A stretch of 64,000 bases of DNA. It comes from Paraspadella gotoi (lineage: Eukaryota; Animalia; Chaetognatha). Numbering within the stretch: the stretch's first letter is position 1; each line of letters begins with the position of its first letter. Location of the stretch: NCBI GenBank assembly GCA_051294375.1, contig CM119266.1, positions 9,308,538-9,372,537 of the forward strand. Direction: 5' to 3'. Shown here piece after piece: positions 19,362 through 31,651 of the stretch. Position numbers and translations under genes: made by a program. The notes beneath the pieces were generated by a model, which was given only the letters and a program-made list of their open reading frames with translations, was not told where the DNA came from and did no database searches.

Positions 19362-21089
19362 GCGAATCGCGGTTCACCTTCGTATTCGCTCCGACCGCAA
19401 AATTCGATTTTCATTCGTGGATTTTTCTTCTTTTTTTTTAAGAAAAAGTCCAACGAGAAAATGTTTATTGGTTTTTTTCTCGAATTTATCTAAGATAGTG
19501 TATATTTACAGTATAATAATTTATAAATCATACCAATATATTATGATAATATTCTGACACTTTATATTCTGGCGAAGGGCGGTTTTGAAGTACAAATAAT
19601 CTTTCCTTCTGCAGAAAAGTTTGGAATAATTCTGATTTCTCCAATTTCCATTTTGCCGCTGCCGCCGCCGCTGCCACCGCTGCTGCCGACGCGGTTGTTG
19701 CCGCAGATTTTCTGTTTTTCTTTTCCAAATTAAAATTTTAAGCTAATTGATAAAAACTTTAAATAAAAACCGAAAAAAATCCAAAGATTCAAATCTACAT
19801 AAAACTAAATTTGTAATAAAAGTTTCGATTCGATCGTCCGAGCCCCCAATTATAATTAAAATGAATATTTGTATTAAGTATTATTAATTAATATCGACGG
19901 TTAAACCTTTATTTTAAATTTATCGCTTCTCAGACTACCGCCGCCATTTTGTATTTTCAATCGATGAGAATGAAATTAAAGAAGAAAGTAAAACAAAAAA
20001 AAATCTTTGCGCGCGAATTTTCAAAAAACTCACCTTTTTACGAGTTACCCTTGTGGTCATGTTGATAACAATATGAACCCTCACTCGCGTCTTGTTTCAG
20101 TGTCTTCCCTCTTTCCCTCTCATCTCCTCTCTCTCTCATCTCTCTATCTCTCTCTCTCTCATCTCTTCTCCCATCGTCTCTCTTCCTCTCTCTTCTCTCT
20201 CTCTCTCGCTTACCTAACCGACCCTTTTCCTACCTTGTCGTCGACAAAAAGGTTTTTTTTTAATCTTCTTTTTTTTTTCTATTTATTACCACAATTTTAT
20301 TTCTCTTTTTCGTCGACTCGAAGGTATGGAGATTCTACAATTGGTCGTCGGTCTGTATTTCATGTCGACAAACGATGAGAAACCTCATCACTCTTACTAC
20401 ATTCCAAGGCTCCTTATTCTTTCTCTTAGAACATTTCATTTTCTCATCTCTTTAAATTAACCTCCTTGCTCCGCCATCTTGAATCGGAGTTTGTCGAATC
20501 GAATTTGAGCTGAAACATTTCTTGTCCTGGTTTTATTAATACTGGCTGTTATTTCTCTTCGTATTACTCTTTCTTTTTCTGCTTCTCTTTCTTTCTCATT
20601 TATTCTTTTCTTCTCTTCTTCTTCCTTCCTCTTGTTTTATCTTTTCTTAATACAAATTTTTTTCAATATTCTTAATTTTCTTGTTTCTCCTTTCATAATT
20701 CTTTACCTCTTCTTCGTTTGATTTCTCTTTCAATTCTTGTTTCCACCCCCCCATTCGAAGAAGACTTTAAATTTTGAATAAATTCTGGTTGTTGTTTTGT
20801 TGTAGTTGTCTCTTTTTAATGCGACGAAACTTTTTTTTTTTTTTCAACGCAAAATATTGAGATAAAGGAGACACTTCGAATTGAAATGAATGAGAGTTTG
20901 TAGAACATTTTTAAAAAGTTGACGTCAATAGGAGAATCCTCATATATGATAAATTTGAAACACACAGAGTTTTTTTAAATAAATTAAATATTATACATAA
21001 ACTTTAAAAAAAATCGTTATTAAATCCTAGCAGTCAGATAAAATGAAAATTGAGGAATTCTTGATTTTTCAATTTCTGCCGTTCCTTGA

Positions 21090-21129
<40 letters not shown>

Positions 21130-22150
21130 CTCTCTCATCGTCTCCCTCTCTCTCTCTCTCTCTCTCGTCTCTTCTCTCTCTTCTCTCTCATTTTTTTCTT
21201 TAAATATTTAATCAAGACCTGGTTCTTTCATCTCATTCTTTCTCTATGATGTCGGTCAACAATTGATTTCAATCTCGATTTTTTTTATTCTAACCCCCCC
21301 CTCAACCCCCCTCCTTAACTTCCCCTTCCCCCCCCCCCTCGCCCATTCCCCCCCTTCATCGAATTCTTTTCAAGTTCGACTTTTTTATTTTCCAAAAAAA
21401 TTCTTTTCATTTTCCCAAACTTTTTTTTTTTCCCCCTCAGATTTCTCAGTCAGATTTTTTTTTTCTCCTTCTCTCCCTCCATTTTCTCTCCCGCCCATCC
21501 AAGTGTCTAAATTGAACTGTGCGTCCAAAAAAATATCAGTCTGTCCGTAGCTCCGCCCTTCCGCTAGTCCGAACATTTGGCCCGGTCCGTCCGTCCGTCT
21601 TTCCAATCGTCATATAACGTTTCGCTAACGCGTGAGCATCGGTCTTTCTTTTCCGAACGATTTCTTAACTATAGGCCGGAGGCAATGATGGGCGTGTCAT
21701 TTTTGATTTGTGAAATTATTACAACCGACATAAAATTATCCATTCATTCAATAAATAGGCTTGACTTAGTCAATTAACTTTGGACATGCTGTGCTGGGTA
21801 AAAAACTCCTCTCTTACAAGATTCCATCACATATCAAATAGATTCTGTGATTTTCTTTCATTCTTCACCGGTTTAACACCGTCCGTCAATCACGCCTCTT
21901 TTGTACTCACACGCTTGGTTCACAGTCGTGATTTCTCTTGTTTCACCGGGCAGTCAATCGGCTGTCACGGTGACCCAAACGGAGATCCTGCCCCCAAGGC
22001 TTTTCACTTCTTTTCCCCCCATCCGTCTGTCCGTCTGTCCGTTTGTCCGTCTTTCCGAAGAAATTTGATTCTCGAAAATCGCGAAGAATCGTGAAGTCGA
22101 GAATTCTCTCGATAGAAGAGGAGCTGAGAGCGGAAAAAAGTGGAGAGAGA

Positions 22151-22213
<63 letters not shown>

Positions 22214-22440
22214 AGAGGAGAGAGAGAGAGAGACCACAAAGAAGAGCGCGGAGGCTTTGCAAGAAGCTTATTACGCTTTTTTTTTAATTCTTATCCTTTT
22301 ATTTTAAAGGGTTTTATCTTTCGTTTATACATCGATCGTTTTTTTGTTATTCATTCAGATTCGGTGTTTTGAGGCTAAAGCAATACAGATGAGGAGAGAG
22401 AGAGAGAGAGAAGAAGAGAGAGAGACTGAGAGAGAGAAGG

Positions 22441-22482
<42 letters not shown>

Positions 22483-22524
22483 TCTGTAAGAAGTGCTTGA
22501 GGATGATATCGGTCCATGTGTTAT

Positions 22525-22565
<41 letters not shown>

Positions 22566-22584
22566 TGATGAATGATGATGATTA

Positions 22585-22637
<53 letters not shown>

Positions 22638-22655
22638 AATGATGATGACGATGAC
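22525..22655. repeat. (GAT)n microsatellite
   Basis: gatgatgat run; a second (GAT/GAC)n run lies at 24983-25088, inside intron 3 of gene 1. Confidence 0.9.
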
Positions 22656-23004
22656 TACGCTGATCATTAAGACGCTGATGGCGGCCACTAACGCTACGTG
22701 AAAATTTATTTTGATACCAAATGAAAATTTACGATATTCAGAAGTCATCAATATTTTTAAAGCCGACATTTTTTTCGATTCATTACGATNNNNNNNNNNN
22801 NNNNNNNNNNNNNNNNNNNNNNNNNNNNNNNNNNNNNNNNNNNNNNNNNNNNNNNNNNNNNNNNNNNNNNNNNNNNNNNNNNNNNNNNNNNNNNNNNNNN
22901 NNNNNNNNNNNNNNNNNNNNNNNNNNNNNNNNNNNNNNNNNNNNNNNNNNNNNNNNNNNNNNNNNNNNNNNNNNNNNNNNNNNNNNNNNNNNNNNNCCCA
23001 AGCC

Positions 23005-24993
23005 ATGGCGACCTACTACGACAAGGCGTTCGACCTTGCCCTCGCCGAAGAGCGATTCCAGGTGGTGCGTCCCTGGTGGGACTTGATCAGTCAGATGACC
23101 ATCCAGTTCTCGATGATCATAGCCCTGACATCGATCTCGCTCGACGTCTTCTCTCAGTTCGGGTCGGGGATCAAGTGCACGCCGAGGAACGGGACCTTCG
23201 AGATCGGGATTCAGCAGGTGGTTGGGGAGAGTGGGTGGGAAAGAGGTGGGGGTTGGGTAATCGGGGAGGGCCTCTTTTTCCCAAAGTGCCCCATTTCATC
23301 TTAAATTCGGAATTAAAATAATTATCATGTTTAAAGATTAGATAAAAGGTTGGTTTTAAGGATTTGGTTAGTGAATTTGATTAGAGTTAAGGATTATGGT
23401 CAGAGATTAGGGTTTTAAGGACTAGGATTAAGGTTTAAAATAAAAGGTCAAAATTAAGTTCAAGGATTAAGGAAAATAGAAAATAGAAAAATAGACCCGA
23501 AATGCTGAACCCCGCTTCGACAGAACCTGTTCATCAATTCGGCCTGCATCGAGCATTCTGTGAGCTTCTACGTGGAATACTTTGGCTACGTCATGTTCGT
23601 CCAGTCGCTCCTGCTTATCGCCGTCGATAATTTCTGGCTCAACTGGAGCCGCACGAAGAATCGACTCAAGGTTGTGGATGAGAGAGAGAAAGAGACAGGG
23701 ATAGAAGATATTTTGGTATTAATATATGCCTGAAATAGTTTCCTCTTTTGTTTGCTCATGAGTATATTTAGTATAATATTATTAAGAGCACTCTTATTAG
23801 CGCGGAGCATAAATACAATAGATGATATATGGCCTCTTGTGCCCCCTTAATTTTTTGAATTTGATAATAGTAATATGCCCCAAGATAAAAAAAAAATGAA
23901 AATACTCTTATGGACACGCTGTCGCTGAGTATATCACGTATATATCACGTATAAAGTTTTTTTTATAAAAGGACTAAAACGACATAAGTGACGTAAAATG
24001 ACATAATGACATAATGACTAAAGTAATAATTTTTTTATGACTTAATGATATATTGACTAAAGGACCAAACTTGACTAAAACGACATAAAATGACGTAATA
24101 ACTTAATGACGTAATGACGCAATGACATATCGACGTTATGACGTAATAACTAAAGAACCAATCGTGAAGCTTTCGATTTTTAATGAATGCCATTGATAAG
24201 TTAGTAAATAAGATGCAGATCGTCATTTTATCAGGTTTGGATCCTTTGAAGGTTATCCTAGAAATTAATAGGCTAAATGAGTACTAATATATATATATAT
24301 AAATCTTATTCCGGCCAATTGGTATCATTTACGTCATTAGGTGTCATCTAATACCGATGATTTGTTTTTCTTTTTAAGAATGATATGAAAAATAATATTA
24401 ACTGCTGCAACATGCAAATGAGAATAAGAAATTAAATTACTATTCGAAATAAATCAAAAGTTATTCTTCACCGTTATTCTAGGCCTTCAACGACGTGGTG
24501 CAAGAGGTCCACCACTCCGTCGTCAAGCGAGAGTCGGTCAACAAGACCCTGAAGAACGTCGTCGCTAAGGGCGAGGAGGTGGAGGAGGAAGAGGAGGAGG
24601 CTAACGTGGCGAGGACGCTGTCGGCGCTGGCGTCGTCCAAGAATCAGGTTGAAAGGGGAAAGTTGGGAGAGAGGGAAAAGTGGAGTGCAGGGAAAATAGG
24701 ATCACGTGGAGATGGGGAAAAATAAAAGGAATTTCTTTAAAGTGACGGAGAAAGTTTAAATCGGTATTGTTTTGGTAAAACTTGGTCAAGAATATCTTAA
24801 AATGTCCGAAAACTTTTTATATTCACTGCGTATCATGAATCATCAACGTCCATTCATCAATCATCATGATCATCATCCTTCATCAATCATCAATCAATCG
24901 CAAATTATCTTCAATAAGTCGGAACCATTAAACAGTGGCGGCCTTTATTAGAGGGTGATAAAGATATGGATAAAATTAACACTGATGATGATA

Positions 24994-25040
<47 letters not shown>

Positions 25041-26975
25041 AATGATGATCATGATGACGACGATGACGATGACGATGATGATGACGATCTCTCACCTTCC
25101 AAGGTCCAAACGGCCGAGGCTGAAGAGGCCCTCCGACTCAACGAAAAGCTCCGCTCCTTCTTCCGCTCCAGTCGCGAATCCAAGCTGCTCTCCTTGGCCT
25201 ACAAGACCAAGACCCTGGCTCGGCTCCTGCTGGCCTTGCTCTTCTTCTTCGTCGCCCTCTACTACTTGATCAAGAACGTCTTCGATTTCGACTTCCCCTG
25301 CGACCTACCCGTGCTGCGGCACGAGGAGAGCGGCTCCGTACCGACGGCGCAGTTCTGGTGCGTCAACGTGACGGCCACTTTCTCCCGAATGCTCGTCGTC
25401 GCTTTCATCGTCGTCATCGTCGTCAACATCGTCGCTTGCGTGGCGGCGCTGATCGGGTGGGATTCGGTGCTGGCGCATCTGCCCGCCATCTTGGACGATT
25501 ATATCGGGGAGGAGGAGGAGGAGGAGGAGGAAGGGGATGAAGCGGCTCTGCGGGAATCGACGGCGACGTTTTCGGCTGCGGCGCCGGAAAAAGTCGGACT
25601 GACGCCGCGCGGCGTCGCGGAATTTGCCAAGACGGACGATGTGGTGTTTCTGTTGTATTTGCTTAGACAGGTGATTGAAAATGTTGAATAATGGGATCGG
25701 GTTTGAAAGAGAAGGTGGAGTGGGCGAGCGGGTGGCTTAAGCGTTGGTTCGGTAAAGAGAGACGGTTTACACTAAACAGCCAATAAAAATTGGAAAAGTG
25801 TCCAGGGAACGAAAAAAATAAGGTCAAAGTTTGACCCTAAAAAGAAAGAGAAAACAATTGAGGGTCAGGTTGAAAGTAAGGTCAATGGTTTATTTTTTCG
25901 TCAACACTGTCCGTGATTAATAGGTTGAATATCAAAGTTTTTAAATTTAAATGGTTAAACCTCAATAACTGCCACCTCGCGGTTCCGTTACACTTTAACT
26001 AGAAAAATGATACCCAGGGAATGAACTTGGGACGCACGGTTAAGACGAGTAGAAAAATACCGTTAATCCATTGAGTCGAGGCTTGGAACGGACAGTGACC
26101 TTGTGGCTTTCAGTCGTACTACCCCCACCACCCTTTCCGCCCCTCCCTCTCCCCTTCCACCCGCCCTTCCACATCCTCCAGACCAACGAGACGATGTTCG
26201 CCGAAGTGCTCGACTTCGCCTCAGCCGATTTCCACCACGAGCTCCTCGAGTATCTCTCCAACCGCGCCTGGCCTCTGGAGAAGCTCCAGTCGCTGGTCCG
26301 CCCTCCTCCGGCCACGCCCACCTTGAAAATCGTCGACGCCAACCTTGTCCTGGTTCCGCCGGCGACTCGTCATCTCCAAGACCTCGTGGAGATCGATCTC
26401 AGTTCTAACAATCATCTCTACGATCTTCGAAATCTCACCGGACAAAAGTCGCTCAAGTATCTAAAGCTTCGCGGATGCAACGTGGAATCGATCGACGATC
26501 TGCTGGAGCTCAAGACTCTCGTCTACCTCGACGTCTCCGATAACAAAGTCTCCCGCGTCCCGGAAGAGATCGTCCGCTTGGTCCGGCTGCGTTACTTGCT
26601 CCTCAAGGACAACAGGCTTCGGCGTCTGCCTTCGGAGATTCTGCTTCTTCCGGCGCTAAATTATCTCAGCGTCGAGCGCCGTCTGTTGGAAGGAATCGAT
26701 TCGGACGGCGTCTATTTTGAGCGCCACCCATTCATCCACGGCGCCTTCGTGCGGCGCGTGCCGGAGACGCCGCCGCCGGCGCCGCCGCATCCAGGATTGA
26801 TTCTGGACGCGGCATCGCCGGGGACGGAGTCGGCGCCGGCGCCACACGCAGATTTGCCGGCCATCGACGCGGCGCCAGCAGAGGCGGAAGTGCCGGAGAC
26901 GTTGAGTTCGATGGCGCCGATGAGCGAAGCGGAGAGTCTCGGCGATCCCGTTGAGGGAAGCGAGGGATCGCCGAC

Positions 26976-26982
<7 letters not shown>
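23005..26982 (+). CDS. LRRC8: LRRC8-like (volume-regulated anion channel / pannexin-like TM domain plus LRRs) protein 1, 630 aa
   Basis: Exons 23005-23217, 23524-23670, 24483-24647, 25104-25670, 26182-26982, all phase 0 with GT-AG. Translation: MATYYDKAFDLALAEERFQVVRPWWD (cf. LRRC8A YRILKPWWD), IKCTP, NLFINSACIEH..VEYFGYVMFVQSLLLIAVDNFWLNWSRT (cf. YVDAVCYEN..AKYFPY..SNFWFKFPRT), EAEEALRLNEKLRSF (cf. EGEQAKALFEKVKKF), FDFPC..FWCVNVTATFSR, DVVFLLYL, NRAWPLEKL (cf. NNEWTLDKL), then ~6 LRRs and a Pro/Ala/Glu-rich tail. Confidence 0.92.

Positions 26983-27064
<82 letters not shown>
26981..27064. repeat. (GA)n microsatellite directly after the LRRC8-like 1 stop codon
   Basis: Perfect GA run of about 40 units, one of many (GA)n tracts in the window. 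Confidence 0.95.
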
Positions 27065-27065
<1 letters not shown>

Positions 27066-27946
27066 GCATTCATGAACCTTAACCTTGATTTTTCCTTCCT
27101 AAATTTCTCTGCTCATTTTCTATTCATGAATCTTGATTTTATAAGCTTCTGAATATTTTTTTCTTTTTAAATTTCTCGCTTTTTTATCCAAAGACTGTTT
27201 TCGTGCTTGATAAATCTATCTTTAATAATAAACGGTAAATGAAGCTTAAAGTATAGCTAAAACGAAAACAGGATTTTATGGAGCATACAGATTAACTGAA
27301 TTCTCTTTCTCAAATGAAAAATTGACTTTTAGTCCGAGAGGAGAATAGTTTATCTTTTATATCCAGACTCCTTCTTTATCCTTTCAACGTTTTATTATCC
27401 TCGTTTGCAAATGGAACTTGAAAAAACTCTATCTCTCTCCTTTCTTCTCTCTCCTCGTCTCCATTGTTAGAAACTTGTAAAAACGGAGTCGCAAAAAACC
27501 AAACAAAGCCTTGCCAATGCCAATGCCAATGCCTTATACGCTTTTATAGTAGAATCGATTGTTACCAAGAGCCTTTTACGAGATTGAATAATGAATATGT
27601 AACTTTTATGCCTTGGATAATTAGTAAATGATTATTTATAGCTTTAAACCTTTGTACAGAAAATATTCATGATTTTTTTTCGAGTGATAACATATCCTTT
27701 CCAAAGTCAGGGGCAAGACGTCTTATTTATTAAATTAAAGGTTAATTTTTATATTGGTTGTAGCAATTTCGCATGCCCCGATTCTTTTTTTTATTTTAGA
27801 GAAACGAGAAATATATCAATCTAAATAATTATTTTCTCTAATTAAAGAAAAATCAACTAATTTCGACATCCGAGTCTACAAACTGAGGATTTATTCCCCC
27901 GAGGAATAAGAAAGTGAACGACGACGACGACGACGACGAATAAAAA

Positions 27947-30900
27947 ATGGCGTTCGTCGGAAAAGCGTTGGAATTAATTTCGCCAGAAAAAGGGTTGGAG
28001 TCGGTCCGACCGTGGTGGGACGTTGTCAGCGGACTCATTGCAGGTGATGGGTTATTGCAGGTGGTTCTTCATTGCTGGCGATTTGTATTCACTATCGAGT
28101 ATCACCTTAATTTTTTATGAAATTTTTTTTTTCTATCGCTCGAGGGTTAATTACGCTCTTTAGATAATCGGCTCGCTCTCTGTCTCTCTCTCTCTTTCTC
28201 CGTCTCTCTCTCTCTCTCTGTCTCACTCGCGCCAAGGCGATTCCCGGTTTTAGCACCTGCCGTTCATACATTCTGTCGTTAAATGTTCCACCATTTCTAT
28301 CTGCTCTCTCTCGATTAATCTTTCTCGCTCTCACGCTGGTTCTTTTTTTTCTTTTATTCCTTTCTTTCTTTCTTTTCTGTTTTTTTTTTCTTACTTTCTT
28401 TCCATCTTTCTTTCTTTCCACCTTTCTTTATTTCTATCTTTCTCTCTTTTCCGTCTTCCTTTCTTTTTTTTCTTTCACAGTCTCTCAGTCTCTCTTTTGT
28501 CTCTTTCTTTTCCTCATTAGCGCGACTTTTTCGATTCTTCAACAGAAGGGGGTAACCAACTAGGTCTCTGGGTGTCTCTCTCTCTCTCTCTCTCTCTCTC
28601 CCTCCATCCCCTTCCATTTTCCTCTCTCCCTTTCTACTTCGTTTTTTCTTCTTTAATTTTTACCTTCAGTTTTTCCGCGCAATTTTCCTCCATTTTCTCC
28701 GCGTTATGACAGATCGTTATGACAGATCGTTATGATAGGTGTCCCTTTACCGCCGTCGACGTCGCCGGGAAAATTTCTCTGGCGAGAAAAACCGCCATTT
28801 GCTTCTTGGCTGAAAAAAAAAAATGTGAATCCTGGCTTCATTCAGTCTCTGTTGATTTTTTAATATTCATTCTCATTATCTATATCAATTAAAACCGTGT
28901 TTAATGTCTCTTTGACACTTGAGAATACTATAAATTTAAACCACATGTGATTGATTAAAATAAATTACGTTTGTTTCTTAAATTGGGTTTTTGTTTGTAT
29001 TTTTTTTTTACGTTTAAAATAATTGACAAAAGATTAAAATGTAAAATATAAAAAAATATAAATAAAATGATTAAAAACATATGAAATACTAAAAAATATT
29101 TTAAAATATAAAAAGCCAAAATCAGTGAAACAGTAATTTTACTATTCTCTCTCCCTCTCTCTCCCTCTCCCTCTCCCTCTCTCCAGACGCGATGACGGTC
29201 ATCTCTCTCGTCTCCATCTCTCTCCAACTCTTCGGCGGATTCGGCTCCGCAGTCAAATGTATTCCAGTTTTGCCCAACATCGACCCGAAGAACGAAGTTG
29301 TCGACCAACTTCCGTGGAGGTGAGTGTACGTCGGCACAGCTGCGTCGGCACAGTTGCATCGTCAGTTGCGTCGGTAATAGCATCGACACAATTGCGTCTT
29401 ACAGTTGCCTCGTCAATTGCATTGAAAATCACGAGGGTTATGACATCAGCGGTTATGTTGGCAGTTGCATTGACACAATTGTATTGGAACAGATACGCAA
29501 TTACGGCAATTACTTCAGTAATAGAGTCGAGGGTTGAATCGACATAATTGTGTCGGCATAGTTGCGTTGGCACAGTTGCGCCTGTAATAGCAACGATGAT
29601 TGCATTGGCCGTTGCATCAACACAATTGTATTAGCATCATTGCCTAGGCTTTTGCGTCTGCATTTCCATGGGCACTGTAGCATCAACACAGTTGTCTGTA
29701 GAATAAAACTAATGTGGAAACATATATTAAAAGTTGAGACTGAATTGGACTAGCCTCAAGAAGGGACGGCTCCTCGGGTGAGGGATGGGAAGAGGAGGAT
29801 TAAGATCGTGGTTGCTTCAACGCATTTTTGTGGGCGGTTACATTTGTAATAGTGTCTGGAGCTAATTGGCAGTATTTGAGTCAACGGTTACATCGAAACA
29901 ATTGCGAACAAACAGTTACGACAACACAGTTGCGTCGGCATTGGTCTCCGCATTTGCGTTGGCAAATCTACTCCGGCATTTATGTCGGCATCCGCGTCGA
30001 CATCGATTGCCGCTTCGGCTTCAACTTTAATTTCCCCTTTGTTTCTAGTTTCCATCTTTTTTTTTTTTGTCAGTTTTCATGAATAAATTTCGGTTTAACG
30101 AATCCGGTTTTAACGAGGTTCATGAATATTTTAAGATAACGATTAGGTTTAGAGAGAATTTTGATCGTTTTCACGGCCTTCGGAGTCCAAACGAAATAAA
30201 AGAGATTAGATTTAGTAAGTTAACTGAAATGATACAAACAAACAAACAAACAAACAAGGTATTTTCGTCTTTACCAATGTTGAGACTTTTCCTTTTTTTC
30301 CCCCCCCAACAGCCAGAGACAACTCGTGGATTCTTGGTGCGTGGAAAAAGACATGAGGTTTTACGCTAAATACTTGGGTAAGTGTTTTTTTAACTTATAT
30401 ATCGCGCATCCTTCGATTAGAAATGTTTTATTAAGTTTTTCCTTTCTTTAAGGATACATCCTCTTCATTCAAGTTTGGCTCCTGATGGCCATCGACAATT
30501 TTTGGCTGAAATGGTCCAAGTCTGGTAAGTACGACAATACGCATGACTTTCTGTATTATATACCCTTTGTATCATTTCAAACTTTTTGTCCTACAATTTT
30601 TCTTCATTCGCTTCCTTTTCTTCCTTCCACAATTTAACCTCTCGATTCCCTTTCTTTCCTTCTGATCTTTTTTTCACCTCTCCTTTGCCCTCTTTCTTTC
30701 CATCCCTCTCTCTCTCTCTCTCCAATTCCTCTCTCTTCCTCTCCCTCTCCCTCCCTCTCAGCCTGCAAGCTCCGCGCCTTCATAACTCTGACGGAGCGTT
30801 GCACCAAATCCAAGTGCGACCACGAGATGATAAAGATGCAACTGAAGAGAGCGACTGGAGAGAAGATTGACGGAAGTGGTTTCAAACAAGGTCGTTGTTG

Positions 30901-31591
30901 TTGTTGTTGCTTGTTTGTGTTTTAAAGAATTTATATCTATTTCCTTATATTGTTTAACTTAAAAAATTACGTAGTTACTTGTTTTGCTATTTTAAGTTTT
31001 TATATTCTAAAATATTTATTCGTTTAAACCCTATTTTTAATTTATATTTTCTATTTACTCTTTTTTTTAATTATTTAATGTTATTGTTGTGTTATTTGCC
31101 ATAGTTTGGTCCATGATTGCTTATAATTCGATCAAATCATCAAAAAAATTATTTGGGCTTTCGTCGAACAGGTTTTAGCTCAAGTGAGTTGGCGCGAAAT
31201 TCTGGTTGTTAACATTGTATTCTAAAAATAGATTGGGCGCCGTTGTCAGACGTCATTGATGTGGCGTTGATGTAGCTGTGATGTAGTATTGACGTTCGCC
31301 GCATTAACTTCGCTTCCGTCGTGAGCGACCGCGTGACTAATAACTCGTCCCGTGAGTTTTAAAATATTTCAGCCGATGTCATATTTCCATTCGCTTTTGC
31401 TATTTTTAACTTTCGTTGTCTTCGTCCCACTGGAAATGTTGAAAATGGCCATATTTATATATTTTTTTTTATAGTATTCTCCTTTCTTCTCCCTTATTAC
31501 AGTTTTCTTCTTTTTCTATCATGTTTTTAATCTGGTGTCCCTCTCTCTCATTCTTCCTCTTCCTTCTACTTTATACCTTCTCCCTTCCCCA

Positions 31592-31651
<60 letters not shown>

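Noticed and set aside
24966-25103. Poly-Asp N-terminus of the 241-aa ORF
   Set aside because: (GAT)n microsatellite in intron 3; the exon starts at the acceptor before 25104.
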